A stretch of DNA of 64,000 nt from Chamaesiphon sp. (GCA_965246715.1 CBDFFH010000021.1:96001-160000); one strand, 5' to 3'; shown: positions 21,281 through 32,918, numbered from the stretch's first letter. The notes: a model not told the origin generated them from the sequence alone. Made by a program: numbers and translations.

Positions 21281-22252
21281 GTGAATAAAAAATTCGTAAT
21301 TGTGAGTATATTAGTCGGTAGCATGTGGGGCAATAGCTCGCTCTCACCAATGCAACCAGCGATCGCGCAAAGCGTGCCAACAGTCACACCAGTAACCGGA
21401 AGTACTAATAATGTATCCAAGCTAGAGATACTAGATGCTGGCGCAGAACCACGTCAAGAGGTGAAGTTTCGACCGCTGGCAAATAGCAAACAAACAATGA
21501 CGATGACGATGGGGATGTCGATGGACATGGTGATGGGTGAAACGCCCTTACCCAAAACCAGCATTCCCAAAATAGTGATGAAGATCGATTTGACCGTCGG
21601 CGAAGTTGAGGCATCTGGCGATATTCATTATAGTTTCAGCTATACCGATATCAACGCGATCGCCGATAACAAGACATCGCCAGAATTGACTGCGGCAATC
21701 CAAAAAAGTTTTAAAACCCTCAAGGGAATTAGCGGCGAGCTGGTCGTCAGCGATACGGGGCAAGTTAAGAGCCAAAAGCTAATTTTGCCAAAAACGATCG
21801 ATCCGACGACCAAACAGACACTCGAGCGATTTACGAAGTCGATGGAACAAATCTCGACGCGGCTACCATCCACCGTCGTCGGATTGGGTGCTAAATGGCA
21901 GACGACTCATTCATTAAATATGGCTGGTCTTCAATTAAATCAAGTTACGACTTACGAAATCATCGCGATCGACGCACGGGGGATGACAGTGAAGTGTAAA
22001 GTAGTTCAATCAGCACCACCACAAGATCTCATAGTGCCAGGGACTGCGGCCAATGGTACCAAAATTAAGATCGATTCACTCAATTCTAGTGGTGGTGGGA
22101 CATACGCGATCCGATTCGACTCGCTATTTCCGCTCTCTGGTAAGTTATCCAGTTTGACTGAAAGTAAAATGTCTGTCCAGATTAATGCCAAGGAGCCGTC
22201 AACAAATATCACTAGCAAAATTGCGATCGATCTAGATATGACTACCCAGTGA
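21281..22252 (+). CDS. Secreted hypothetical protein (DUF6263-like)
   Basis: GTG at 21281 gives signal peptide MNKKFVIV...AIAQ; LLDAGAEP-like and P...VGLGAKW motifs. Confidence 0.65.
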   Translation: MNKKFVIVSILVGSMWGNSSLSPMQPAIAQSVPTVTPVTGSTNNVSKLEILDAGAEPRQEVKFRPLANSKQTMTMTMGMSMDMVMGETPLPKTSIPKIVMKIDLTVGEVEASGDIHYSFSYTDINAIADNKTSPELTAAIQKSFKTLKGISGELVVSDTGQVKSQKLILPKTIDPTTKQTLERFTKSMEQISTRLPSTVVGLGAKWQTTHSLNMAGLQLNQVTTYEIIAIDARGMTVKCKVVQSAPPQDLIVPGTAANGTKIKIDSLNSSGGGTYAIRFDSLFPLSGKLSSLTESKMSVQINAKEPSTNITSKIAIDLDMTTQ

Positions 22253-22563
22253 TAGATTGCCCGCGCACACAAATTTAATCTTTTAGTCTGTGTGTTTTGA
22301 CTGGCGATCTGGGCACTATATCAAGGTGAGAGTCAAAACTGTCTTGAAAATGGCTATCGATGTAATCTTAAATACGCACGATCCCGATCGCACCAATAAT
22401 ATTATTGGCTCCCGTACCATAGCGATCGAGGATCGAAATAAATATAATTATAAATCTGTTTTTAATAAAATAAAAACTCTCCGCTAATCGTTAGAGCTAA
22501 TCGATCGAGCTGCTTGAATATTTATTTGAAACTGGTGGACAGACAAGCAATGAGACAAAAACA

Positions 22564-23862
22564 ATGATTTCAGAAAATATTACAGCTACTCCAGAGCTGA
22601 GCTTCAAAAATCTAATCATTCAGCTCAAAAGTATTAAGGAGCAATCTTTTAGTGGTAATTTAACCGTTCGAGTAGAGGGGAGCCAAAATTGGATCTTCTC
22701 GTTTCGAATGGGACGGTTGGGTTGGGTTGGTGGCGGGATCGAGCCAGTCGATCGCTGGCAGCGAAATTTAGCTTTGGCACAACTGGAATTACCGCCCGAT
22801 CGATTAGCCAGGATCGATAATCCCGAATCGACCGATTCACACTTGCTCGCACAATTACTGATTGATGAATCGATCGACAGACAAAAGTCTGCGGATATTG
22901 TGGGGAGAATGACGATCGAATGCTTGTTTGATATCATTCAATTCAGTCAACATAGTGGCAATCGACTGGCTTATAAATTGACTCAGACAGGTGCGAATAA
23001 TCCTGAGCTAAATCTAGTACTACCGCTATTAGAAATCGAGCCAATTCTCACCAAATCGATTCAGACTTGGCAAGAGTGGTCGAATGCAGGATTGGCAGTA
23101 TATGCACCCAGTTTATTCCCGATTATTTCCAAATCAGCAGATCTCGCGCAGATAGTTGCTGGCTCAAATTTACAACAAATTATTGGTGCGATCGATGGCA
23201 ACCGGACGTTGCGGAGTTTGGCCCCTAATTATCGTCAATCGCTGCTGAATTTCACTACAGCATTATTACCATTATTGCGTTCAGGTTTTATTACCTTATC
23301 GCCGAGACCAAAGTCTAGAGTAGCTAGAGTGATTCAGCCAGATGTTAGCAATTCGCTAATCGATCGCTCTACTGGTACATATAGTACTGGTACATATAGT
23401 ACTGGTACATATAGTACTGTAACCCAAAGTACTCATAGTTTCACTGCGGGTTCTCAAAATATGAGTTCCAATGCTGTTAAAAACAGTCCATTGATCGCTT
23501 GTATCGATGACAGTATCTTGATCTATCAATCTTTAGAACGGATTTTAAACGAGCATGGTTATCGTTGCTTTGGCATTCAAGATCCGCTGAAAATTATGCC
23601 GGGATTGATTAGAAACAAACCTAATTTTATTTTTCTAGACTTATTAATGCCGATTGTTAATGGTTATGAAGTTTGCGAACAAATTCGTAAAACTCCTAGC
23701 CTCAAAGATGTGCCGGTAATTATCCTAACTGGCAAGGATGGTTTGATCGATCGGATGCGTTCTAAAATGGTCGGTGCGACTGGCTTTTTGGGCAAACCAG
23801 TCGATGAAGATGCTGTCATAAAAATGCTTGAGAAATATCTAATTGGGGTTAAACAACTCTGA
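22564..23862 (+). CDS. PatA-type response regulator (PixG/PtxA-like)
   Basis: PATAN-like N-terminus; C-terminal REC domain (CIDDS, FLDLLMP, FLGKP). Confidence 0.88.
   Translation: MISENITATPELSFKNLIIQLKSIKEQSFSGNLTVRVEGSQNWIFSFRMGRLGWVGGGIEPVDRWQRNLALAQLELPPDRLARIDNPESTDSHLLAQLLIDESIDRQKSADIVGRMTIECLFDIIQFSQHSGNRLAYKLTQTGANNPELNLVLPLLEIEPILTKSIQTWQEWSNAGLAVYAPSLFPIISKSADLAQIVAGSNLQQIIGAIDGNRTLRSLAPNYRQSLLNFTTALLPLLRSGFITLSPRPKSRVARVIQPDVSNSLIDRSTGTYSTGTYSTGTYSTVTQSTHSFTAGSQNMSSNAVKNSPLIACIDDSILIYQSLERILNEHGYRCFGIQDPLKIMPGLIRNKPNFIFLDLLMPIVNGYEVCEQIRKTPSLKDVPVIILTGKDGLIDRMRSKMVGATGFLGKPVDEDAVIKMLEKYLIGVKQL
23371..23419 (+). repeat. 15-bp in-frame tandem repeat x3.3
   Basis: (actggtacatatagt)3 encoding (TGTYS)3. 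Confidence 0.95.
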
Positions 23863-23989
23863 AAAAGTCGATCGTTAATAGTGATGAAGTCTATGCACAA
23901 ATTCGCAATAACGTTTCGGCGACGATCCTCACAGATGAAGACACGGCAATCAACATGCTTGAGAAATATCCTATTAGAGCTAAATAATT

Positions 23990-24352
23990 ATGAGCCAGAT
24001 TTTAATTGTTGAAGATAGTAAATTAGAAGCTGAAAAGCTGAAGAAATACCTAGAAATTCGGGGATTCTCGATTCAGGTTGTCGGTAGTGGTGAAGAAGCT
24101 GAAATTAGACTCAAGAGTTCCAAGCCGAATTTGATCTTCCTCGATGTAATTTTACCAGGAGAGAGTGGCTTTGAATTATGTCGTAAGCTCAAAAATGAAC
24201 CAGCGACTCAAAGTATCCCAATCGTCATTTACTCAACTAAAGATAAACAGATCGATCGGACTTGGGGTGATATGAGCGGCGCAGATGCTTACTTGAGCAA
24301 ATCTGCAGATGAGAGCACCATTCTTCAAACTGTCGATCGATTGATTGGCTGA
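23990..24352 (+). CDS. CheY-like single-domain response regulator (PixH-like)
   Basis: IVEDS, FLDVILP, GADAYLSK. Confidence 0.9.
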   Translation: MSQILIVEDSKLEAEKLKKYLEIRGFSIQVVGSGEEAEIRLKSSKPNLIFLDVILPGESGFELCRKLKNEPATQSIPIVIYSTKDKQIDRTWGDMSGADAYLSKSADESTILQTVDRLIG

Positions 24353-24384
24353 CAACTTGAGTTATAAATTATAAATCATGAATT

Positions 24385-24927
24385 ATGAATCAGTTATCTT
24401 TGTCACGATCTGAGCGACAAACTGTCGCTTCAAAATCCAAATCCATGACAGAAGATTGTCGGTTTTTGGGATTTACGATTAATGATGATTTTAATGCCTT
24501 AATCCCACTCCTAGATCTCCAAGCAACAATTAAGATTTCACTTGCGGAAATCTTGCCAGTGCCCCAGATGAAAGAGTCATTATTGGGCATCATTAATTAT
24601 GGTGGTAAGGCAACATGGGTAGTAGATCTGGCTCATTTATTGGGCGCGTCACATTACACCGAACAAATGCCTGTGCGCACGACTGGGATGGGAATGCTAT
24701 TCCAGATCCAAAATGAAACCGTAGCATTATTAGTCCAAAAAGTTAGTACGATCGAAACCTACAATCTCGATCGATGTTTGGCGATTGGTGATGCCATGTT
24801 TCCAGACCGGATGAAATCGTTTTTATCTGGATATTTTATGGACGATCGTCAGCAGCCGTGGGTCGTCATCGATCTCCAACGCGCGATTATCTCGCTCAGA
24901 GGCTCAACCAACGAATCAATTATTTAG
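24385..24927 (+). CDS. CheW-like adaptor (PixI-like)
   Basis: ILPVPQM..LLGIINYGG..WVVDL. Confidence 0.88.
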   Translation: MNQLSLSRSERQTVASKSKSMTEDCRFLGFTINDDFNALIPLLDLQATIKISLAEILPVPQMKESLLGIINYGGKATWVVDLAHLLGASHYTEQMPVRTTGMGMLFQIQNETVALLVQKVSTIETYNLDRCLAIGDAMFPDRMKSFLSGYFMDDRQQPWVVIDLQRAIISLRGSTNESII

Positions 24928-25027
24928 TTTAGCCAAATCTGTCGCCACCGCAGAGATGCTTTGCCCATGGGACAGTGGATAGTTAGACAACAATTGGTAC
25001 TTAATAACTTATAACTAACTAATTAAA

Positions 25028-28000
25028 ATGTTAAAAAATTTATTCAATTCAGCTGACGATCGCGCGGAAAAAAAATTAGACACACCCAATCCAGCACCCC
25101 TACCTAGAGAGAGACAACAGATGTTCGATACAGATAGAGCTTCGGCTCCCAATACTACTGCCAAACAACAATTATTAGCGATTCTGCAAGACGCTCAATC
25201 CAAACTTGAAGCTAGCAATAGCCCCAATGCCGAACCGCTCCGCCAAAATCTCCGCAGAGCTAGGGAACTAGCAGGTTGCTTGACCGTTGCTAACAATGCA
25301 ACGCCAACTTCCGCCGAGATCGACTCCGAACAAATTTACCAAATCGCCACTAAAATCCGTCAGGCAACTACATCCAGTAGCGCCTTCAATCATGCGGTTG
25401 GCGAAATTAAAACACTGATGGGTGCCGATCGCGTCCTAGTATATGAGTTAACTGGTAATACGACTGGTAAAGTTGTCGCTGAAGCGATTAAACCTGGATA
25501 TACACCGATGCTGGGAGCGAATATTCCCCCGATCGGGTTTGGCTTCGAGCAATTGCAAGACGATCGATCGCACCGAGCGATTTCGCTGATTAATAGCCAG
25601 ATTACGCCTTATCAAAAACAAATCTTAGAGCAGTGTCAAGTTAAAGCGACGGTCGCGATTCCGATTCTGATTAATGGCTATTCTGCTCTCACTGATACCT
25701 ATAGTTTAGATCGCGTGTGGGGGTTATTAGTCGTTCAACAGTGTGACCAAGAGCGTCAATGGACGGAAGCCGAAACTAATTGCCTGTCGCAATTATCGCT
25801 CGAACTGACGCTGGCGCTCCAACCTAGCCAACCCCTGCTGCAATTATCTCAACGGCGGGATCTATTTGCGACGATCGCTTTAGAAGCCCAAGAATTAATG
25901 CAAGGTACGCTCGATGAGATGCGGCATTTCCTGCAAGTCGATCGGGCGATGGTTGTCGCTTATAATGCCGATTGGAGTTCGCAAGTCGTCGCCGAATCTG
26001 TCGGTGCGAATTGGAGCAAAGCTGGTAACTCGCTCGATCTCGATTTCTCGATTACTGGCGAAAACTATAAGCCCCACTACGTTGTCAACGATATTTCGAC
26101 CAAAGACTTCCCTCGCTGTCTGTTGGAGACCTTCGAGCCGTTGCAAATGAAAGCATATATCGTCGTCCCGATCGTTTATAACAACCAGTTGATCGGAATG
26201 CTCGGTGTCTATCAAAACTCTAGCGCGCGTAATTGGCAAGAAACCGAACTCAAATCCGTACTCGAATTTGCCAAGAATTTTGGCTTCCCGCTCCAACAAA
26301 CTGCCAGTCGCCGTCAAGCGCTGTTCCAAACCAAACTGATGGAGCATCGCCTCGAACGCGAACAAGGGTTGGCAAAACTCCAAGAAAAACTCCGCAATGC
26401 CAAGGAAGATCGAACTGTCTTCCAAACTGCTACTCAAGGCGGACGCAAGCTCTTAGAGGTCGATCGGATGGCTATTTATCGGTTTGAGGCTGACTGGAGC
26501 GGGAAATTTATCGCCGAATCTGCCACTCCTGGTTGGGCGAGTCTGCTCGAAACAGTTCTAATTATCGAGGATACTTTCCTCCAACGCACCAAAGGCGGTA
26601 GATACAAAGATGGACAATGTTTTGCTGTCGATGATATCTATGCTGCTGGACATCAAGCTTGTCACATCGAATTACTGGAACAGTTAGAAGCCAGAGCATA
26701 CGCCATCGCGCCGATCTTTGGAGCCGATCGCAAATTATGGGGACTGATTGCGGCTTACCAGAATACTGGGGCGAAAAAGTGGCAGAAAGATGATGTCGAA
26801 ATCCTCCGCCAACTCGGACTACAAGTCGGCATCGCGATGGAGCAGATCGACTATATCAGCCAATTACAGAAAAAAGCCGAACAAGAACAGACGATCAACC
26901 GGATTGCCGAACGGATTCGCCAATCGCTCGCTACCGATGAAATTTTCCAAGGTGTCACTCAAGAAGTCCGCGATGCGGTTAAAGCAGATCGAGCGGTAGT
27001 GTATCAGTTTAATGCCGATTGGAGCGGTCAGGTCGTCGCCGAATCTGTCGGTGGCGGATGGGTATCGCTACTAGTTCAACAAACAGACGATGCCCTACTC
27101 ACTGGCAATCGCACCCAAAACGATCGGTGCATTCTCCGGAAATGGGCGACCAAGGATCTTACCGAAACCGATACTTATCTCCAAAATACCAAAGGTGGTA
27201 AATATATCAACGGTGAAAAATCCACGGCGATCGATAATATTTACACCAAAGACTTCCCCACTTGTTACATCAAGTCCCTCGAAAAATATCAAGCTAAAGC
27301 TTATATTATCGCCCCAATCTTCATCGGCGATCGGTTGTGGGGACTGCTCGGAGTCTATCAAAACGATAGCCCACGTACTTGGAATGCTGCCGAACGCGCG
27401 ATTCTCGAACAGGTCGCCACTCAAGTTGGCGTTTCCCTCCAGCTCTCCGAATACTTGGATCGCGTGATGATTCAAGAACAAGAATTGACGGAGATTGTCG
27501 AGCGCGAACGCGCCAACCGTCAAGAATTGGAAGCCGAAGCCCTGCGCGTTCTCAAAGCGATCGGCCCCTCCTTCCGAGGCGACCTCACCGTCCGCGCGCC
27601 GCTATCTGAAACTGAGATCGGGACGATTGCCGATGGTTACAATACAACGATTCAAAGTTTGCGTGAATTAGTCCGCCAAGTGCAAACAGCCGCTACTAGT
27701 GTGAGTAGCACCTCGAGCTTGAACAACACGCTGGTAGATAACCTCTCCGAACAAGCCAGACAAGAGCTAGTCCAACTCGATCGCGCTCAGGCACAAGTGA
27801 AGCTGATGGCCGCTTCCAGTCAGGAAGTCGCCGACTTCGCACAAAAAGTCGAACAAGTCGTACAGTCCGCCAACCGGACAGTGCAAACGGGCGATACCTT
27901 GATGGAAAGTACGGTGGAAGAGATTCTCGAAATTCGATCGACCGTATCGACTACCGCCAAGAAAATCAAACGCCTCGGTGAAACCTTCCAAAAGATTTCC

Positions 28001-28513
28001 AAAGTCGTCAACCTGATCGAAAACTTCGCCACCCAAACCAACTTACTCGCCCTGAATGCCTCGATCGAAGCAACTCGCGCGGGTCAATATGGGAAAGGAT
28101 TTGCAGTGGTAGCCGATGAAGTACGATCGCTCGCTTATCAGTCTGCGAATGCAACTACGGAAATCGAACGCCTAGTTGATGAAATCCGGATCGACACCAA
28201 CGATGTCACCGAAGCAATGGAAATTGGGATCGCGCAAGTAGTACAGGGTACCAACTTAGTCAACGAAACCCGCCAAAGCCTCAGCGAGATCGTCGTCGCC
28301 ACCAGTCAGATCAGCGAACTCGTCCAATCTATCAGTCAAGCTGCTGGTACTCAGAACAAGCAGTCCCAAAAACTGACCGAAGTAATGGCCGATGTCGCCA
28401 CAATTGCCAACCTCGCCTCTGGTAGCGCCGCCCAAATCTCCGAATCTTGCCAACAGTTACTCACAACCTCCCAAGTGCTAGAGACTAGTGTGAGCCGATT
28501 TAAAGTCGATTAA
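25028..28513 (+). CDS. Methyl-accepting protein with four GAF domains including cyanobacteriochromes (PixJ/PtxD-like)
   Basis: Four DR-x-x-Y GAF repeats; [10 protein letters not shown]...CH; DRC...[10 protein letters not shown]...CY; MCP hairpin [17 protein letters not shown]. Confidence 0.92.
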   Translation: MLKNLFNSADDRAEKKLDTPNPAPLPRERQQMFDTDRASAPNTTAKQQLLAILQDAQSKLEASNSPNAEPLRQNLRRARELAGCLTVANNATPTSAEIDSEQIYQIATKIRQATTSSSAFNHAVGEIKTLMGADRVLVYELTGNTTGKVVAEAIKPGYTPMLGANIPPIGFGFEQLQDDRSHRAISLINSQITPYQKQILEQCQVKATVAIPILINGYSALTDTYSLDRVWGLLVVQQCDQERQWTEAETNCLSQLSLELTLALQPSQPLLQLSQRRDLFATIALEAQELMQGTLDEMRHFLQVDRAMVVAYNADWSSQVVAESVGANWSKAGNSLDLDFSITGENYKPHYVVNDISTKDFPRCLLETFEPLQMKAYIVVPIVYNNQLIGMLGVYQNSSARNWQETELKSVLEFAKNFGFPLQQTASRRQALFQTKLMEHRLEREQGLAKLQEKLRNAKEDRTVFQTATQGGRKLLEVDRMAIYRFEADWSGKFIAESATPGWASLLETVLIIEDTFLQRTKGGRYKDGQCFAVDDIYAAGHQACHIELLEQLEARAYAIAPIFGADRKLWGLIAAYQNTGAKKWQKDDVEILRQLGLQVGIAMEQIDYISQLQKKAEQEQTINRIAERIRQSLATDEIFQGVTQEVRDAVKADRAVVYQFNADWSGQVVAESVGGGWVSLLVQQTDDALLTGNRTQNDRCILRKWATKDLTETDTYLQNTKGGKYINGEKSTAIDNIYTKDFPTCYIKSLEKYQAKAYIIAPIFIGDRLWGLLGVYQNDSPRTWNAAERAILEQVATQVGVSLQLSEYLDRVMIQEQELTEIVERERANRQELEAEALRVLKAIGPSFRGDLTVRAPLSETEIGTIADGYNTTIQSLRELVRQVQTAATSVSSTSSLNNTLVDNLSEQARQELVQLDRAQAQVKLMAASSQEVADFAQKVEQVVQSANRTVQTGDTLMESTVEEILEIRSTVSTTAKKIKRLGETFQKISKVVNLIENFATQTNLLALNASIEATRAGQYGKGFAVVADEVRSLAYQSANATTEIERLVDEIRIDTNDVTEAMEIGIAQVVQGTNLVNETRQSLSEIVVATSQISELVQSISQAAGTQNKQSQKLTEVMADVATIANLASGSAAQISESCQQLLTTSQVLETSVSRFKVD

Positions 28514-28515
28514 TG

Positions 28516-28690
28516 AGGGATTAGGGATTAGGGATTAGGGAGAAAGACGGAAAGATGCGAGGTTGGCAATGATAACAAAGAAGGACGCTTTGCGTCCAAC
28601 TGAGAAAGTCTTTATCCTCCAAACTCTAATTCCTAACCCCTAATCCCTACTACCCCCTCTAACCCCTAACCCCTAACCCCTAATCCCTCC
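28516..28690. repeat. Inverted heptamer arrays (AGGGATT / CCCTAAY) around a short hairpin
   Basis: agggatt x3 from 28516; ccctaac/ccctaat arrays 28624-28690; ggacgctttgcgtcc 28583-28597. Confidence 0.8.
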
Positions 28691-28691
28691 T

Positions 28692-31600
28692 ATGACCGAC
28701 GATCTAGATTTTCAAGAGTCACTCGATCGATACTTTGAGATCGAAGCGGCGGAATTATTACAGACGATCGAGCTGACGCTGTTCCAACTGATCGAGGAAA
28801 AGACGATCGAGCGCGTCCATACACTGATGCGCGCTGCACATACGATTAAAGGTAGTGCGGCCAATTGTGGCTTTAAAACGATCGAAACGATCGCCCATCA
28901 CCTCGAAGATGTCTTTCAGGCACTCTATCCAGCCGAACTAGAGATCGATCCCGAACTGGGCTTGCTGCTGATGGAGGGTTATGATTGTCTGTGCGAACCG
29001 TTGAACGCCATGTTAAACGGGGTAAGCTATGACGAAGCCGCGACGCTCGAACGGACGGCTGAATTATTTGCCAGACTTCAGATGCAGTTAGGTGACTTCT
29101 TTGGTCGGGAAACGCCCTTACCTACCGCCGCCGAATTGGGATTTGACGTGATCGGGTCGATTTTTACCGATAGCGTACCGCAGGACTTAGAAGTCCTAGC
29201 TGAAGCGATCGCAGGTCAAAATGTGGCTAGAGTTAGCGAAAGCTTAGCTTCGTTGGCGGAATTTTTATTGGAGTTGGGCGGTTCTTATAGTCTGCCAGGG
29301 ATTGCGGCCATTTCGAGTACTACGATTACCGCATTGAACCGCCATCCCGATCGCGTTTTAGAGATCGCCCCGATCGTCTTAGCCAATTTTCAACAAGCCC
29401 AAATCGCCATTCTCGGCGGAGATCGCTCTGTTGGGGGCGAAGTATCCGCCGAACTGAGTGTTTGGGCGGGCATCGAACCAAGCTCTACTACAACCCGATC
29501 GAGTGTGGTAGATGATTCGGCCCAATGGCTGTCGTTAATCGATACCGCCGATTCAGATTCTGCTGAATTTGGAACCGATTTCTCCTTCGCTGATGCTGCG
29601 ACATCTGCTGAATGGTTATCGTTAATCGATGAACCTGCAACGGAAGTTCCGGTTACAACAGCCGACGAGCGGTTAAACGACGATCGAGCTGCCGAATGGT
29701 TATCTTTAGTCGATGAACCTGCAACTGAAGACGCTACCACCACTAGCGAACAACTTCCAGACGATCGAGCGGCTGAGTGGCTATCTTTAGTCGATGAACC
29801 TGCAACTGCATTTACAATTGAATCATCTGAGCAAGAACAGCATACCGACAGTGAAACTTCGGCTGAATGGCTATCGTTAATCGATACTACCACTGGCGAA
29901 AATTCTGGCGATCGGGTGCAAAACGATCCCGAGCCAGAGATTATCGAACTTGAGACCTTCGAGCCAATGGGAGATCTCAATGGCTCGGCACTGACTCGGA
30001 CGGAATACCTGGAGACGAGCGAACGCCACACTGGTGCGGATCTGGTATTAGCAAATATATCCAGTATCGATCGCATTCTCCAATCGATCGCGATCGATCG
30101 GCCAGCAGATCGGGACGAGTTACAAGAGACGGCACCATCGAAACCCGAGCGCACAGCGACACCAGATGCCGCCGTCAGCATCCGGATTGCTACCGCGCAA
30201 CTCGAACGGCTCAGTCACACGATCGGCGAACTGCTCATCGATGACAATCAACAATTTCTGCGCGCCGAACAATTGCAGGTATTGGCGAAAGCTACCGTCG
30301 AACAACATCGCCGTTGCGAGCAAAAATTACGATTGGTGGGCGATTGGGCCGATAAAAATACGCTGACAGGAGATCGACCGCAATTCGCTGCCTCCCGTCG
30401 CGGCAAAGGTCGGCCCAAGAAGACCAAGCAAAATCATAATAACGGCGTGCAATCGCAGTTTGATAGCATCGAGTTGGATGTTTATAACGACTTGAGCATC
30501 ATGCTCCAAAATCTCACTGACGATCTTGCTGCGTTGGGGATGCAAGTTGAAGATCTCAGCGAAATGACTCAAAAAGCGAAGCTGACATTGGGCAAACGCC
30601 AGCAGTTACTAGCTGACGCGCAGGCAGAATTATTCGATGCTCGCATGGTCGAGATTTCGACCGTGTTCAATCGCTTCCCCAGACTGCTCCAACAGATGGT
30701 CGCATCGCATCGTAAACCCGCCCAGTTAGAATTAATTGGTACCACTGTCTCGATCGATAAAATTATTGCCGATAAGCTGTACGATCCACTCCTGCACTTG
30801 GTCAGAAATGCTTACGATCATGGCGTAGAATCGCCGGAAATCCGCGCTCAACAAGGCAAACCCGAAACCGGGACGCTCACGATTAAAGCGTATCACCAGG
30901 GCAATCGTACGACGATCGAAGTTCGCGATGATGGTCAAGGTCTGAACTGGTCGAAAATCCGCCAACGGGCGCTGGAGATGAAACTGCTCGCGGCCGATCG
31001 CGCGGCGACCGTAACGGAAGCCGAACTCGCCGAAATCATGTTCGCACCAGGATTTTCGACAGCTGAAAAAGTTAACGATCTTTCCGGTCGCGGCATCGGC
31101 TTGGATGTCGTCCGCGACCGCATCGGTGCCTTGCAGGGCACGATCGATGTCCGCTCTGTCGCTGGCAGCGGAACGACGTTTGTGATGCAATTCCCGCTCA
31201 ATCTCACTACGGCCAGATTATTAATTTGCGAATCGCAAGGTGTCGTTCATGCCTTGCGATCAGAAGCAATCGCCCAAGTCTTGTTACCCACGCCCGATCG
31301 GATTCAATCCCAATCCGCGCTCACCGACAAAGGTACCGCCAAATTTTTACGCTGGGGTGAAGGCACAGAGCTAAAATTAGTCCCGATTTATGCCGTTAAT
31401 AGTCTCTTGGCTTACAATTGTCCGATCGGGGCCGGCGCGGAACGGACAGCGAGTTTATTTCCCGCCAAAACCAAAAATAGTACTAGCGCCCTGCTACTCC
31501 TCGAAGTCGATGACGATCGGATCTGCCTGGAAGTCGATCGCATCCTCGTCGAACAAGAACTAGTCGTCAAGTCTCTAGGCGAAACCTTTGGCTTGCCCAA

Positions 31601-32231
31601 CTACATTCAAGGTTACAGCGTGTTGGGTGATGGAAGCCTTACCCTCGCACTCGATCCGATCGAATTGCTAGCAGGTGTCCGCAATACCAATGTGGCAACT
31701 AACTTTGCTCCAGCTAAATTTGCGGCATTGCAGCCGCTCCTCCAAGCAGCATTAGCACCAGCTAACGATAGTAGTGACACGATCGACGGCGAAATTATCG
31801 ACGTTGCCGAAGTGACCCCACCGCGCAACTCAACCACTTTGGGTCGCCAGATCCAGGTATTGATTATCGATGATTCATTAGTGCAGCGGCAAACTTTAAC
31901 TCGATCGCTCACCAAGGCAGGCTGTCAAGTAATCCAAGCCAGTCACGGACGCGAGGGACTCCTCCGGTTACAAGAACATCCCCGCATTCAATCGATCTTC
32001 TGCGATATTGAAATGCCACAGATGAATGGCTTTGAATTCCTTAGCCACTGTCGCCAGGATGCCAAATTTTCCCAAATCCCGATCTTCATGCTCACCACTC
32101 GCGGCGGCCAAAAACATCGTCAATTAGCAATGACTTTAGGTGCCAAAGGTTATCTCACCAAACCTCAGTCCGAGAAAGACTTGCTAGATATCGTCGCTAA
32201 GTTAGCGCAGCCTAGTGGAGTAGGAGTTTAG
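28692..32231 (+). CDS. CheA-like hybrid kinase (Hpt-HATPase-CheW-REC; PixL/PtxE-like)
   Basis: RAAHTIKG, HLVRNAYDHG, DDGQG, SGRGIGLDVV, C-terminal REC (CDIEMP). Confidence 0.93.
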   Translation: MTDDLDFQESLDRYFEIEAAELLQTIELTLFQLIEEKTIERVHTLMRAAHTIKGSAANCGFKTIETIAHHLEDVFQALYPAELEIDPELGLLLMEGYDCLCEPLNAMLNGVSYDEAATLERTAELFARLQMQLGDFFGRETPLPTAAELGFDVIGSIFTDSVPQDLEVLAEAIAGQNVARVSESLASLAEFLLELGGSYSLPGIAAISSTTITALNRHPDRVLEIAPIVLANFQQAQIAILGGDRSVGGEVSAELSVWAGIEPSSTTTRSSVVDDSAQWLSLIDTADSDSAEFGTDFSFADAATSAEWLSLIDEPATEVPVTTADERLNDDRAAEWLSLVDEPATEDATTTSEQLPDDRAAEWLSLVDEPATAFTIESSEQEQHTDSETSAEWLSLIDTTTGENSGDRVQNDPEPEIIELETFEPMGDLNGSALTRTEYLETSERHTGADLVLANISSIDRILQSIAIDRPADRDELQETAPSKPERTATPDAAVSIRIATAQLERLSHTIGELLIDDNQQFLRAEQLQVLAKATVEQHRRCEQKLRLVGDWADKNTLTGDRPQFAASRRGKGRPKKTKQNHNNGVQSQFDSIELDVYNDLSIMLQNLTDDLAALGMQVEDLSEMTQKAKLTLGKRQQLLADAQAELFDARMVEISTVFNRFPRLLQQMVASHRKPAQLELIGTTVSIDKIIADKLYDPLLHLVRNAYDHGVESPEIRAQQGKPETGTLTIKAYHQGNRTTIEVRDDGQGLNWSKIRQRALEMKLLAADRAATVTEAELAEIMFAPGFSTAEKVNDLSGRGIGLDVVRDRIGALQGTIDVRSVAGSGTTFVMQFPLNLTTARLLICESQGVVHALRSEAIAQVLLPTPDRIQSQSALTDKGTAKFLRWGEGTELKLVPIYAVNSLLAYNCPIGAGAERTASLFPAKTKNSTSALLLLEVDDDRICLEVDRILVEQELVVKSLGETFGLPNYIQGYSVLGDGSLTLALDPIELLAGVRNTNVATNFAPAKFAALQPLLQAALAPANDSSDTIDGEIIDVAEVTPPRNSTTLGRQIQVLIIDDSLVQRQTLTRSLTKAGCQVIQASHGREGLLRLQEHPRIQSIFCDIEMPQMNGFEFLSHCRQDAKFSQIPIFMLTTRGGQKHRQLAMTLGAKGYLTKPQSEKDLLDIVAKLAQPSGVGV

Positions 32232-32387
32232 AGAGTAGGGGATAGGGGATAGTGACTAGTCACTATTTTCCCTAGTGGTTGTTGTCGGCGGGTCGGCACT
32301 GCATGGTAGGGGATGTCAAGGATGTTCTAAACCTTATGAATATTTATGCCGACCATAATTCATAACTCATAATTCATAATTTTTACG

Positions 32388-32918
32388 ATGCTAAATTCCT
32401 CACTCGTACCGACACGCCTAGCTAGTATCGACGACGATGGCGATGCTTTTCGGACGATCGTTTTTTCGCTAGCAAATATCGAACAGACAGCAATGGGTAA
32501 ATACCTATTTGCGATGCCTGTAGAATCGGTCGTCAAATCGATCGTTTATCCAGCCGAACGCCCGATGCTCAAAGATGGTATCGGGATGATTTATCTCGGC
32601 GAAGAAACTGTCACGCTCGTCGATTTACGCCACAAGTTTACGACCATCGACTCGACGATCGACACCTCTGGATTTTTGGTATTATTTCATACCCACGCTG
32701 GCGAACTGTGCGGTCTACCGATCTCCAAGGCTCCAGTCCTGATGGACATCTCGCTCACCACGATTCGTGCGCTCCCGCTGGCATATCGCGAAGTCAACCA
32801 ACTAAATTTTGCCAGCCACATGGCGCTCGTCCCTCAAGGCGAGAACGTCGAACCATTACAAATCTTACTCCTCGGCATGAATCAACCATCCACCCGATCG
32901 GCCCATCACCTCAACTAA
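32388..32918 (+). CDS. Second CheW-like protein
   Basis: FAMPVESVVK...GIGMIYLGEETVTLVDL; lies directly after cheA. Confidence 0.7.
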   Translation: MLNSSLVPTRLASIDDDGDAFRTIVFSLANIEQTAMGKYLFAMPVESVVKSIVYPAERPMLKDGIGMIYLGEETVTLVDLRHKFTTIDSTIDTSGFLVLFHTHAGELCGLPISKAPVLMDISLTTIRALPLAYREVNQLNFASHMALVPQGENVEPLQILLLGMNQPSTRSAHHLN

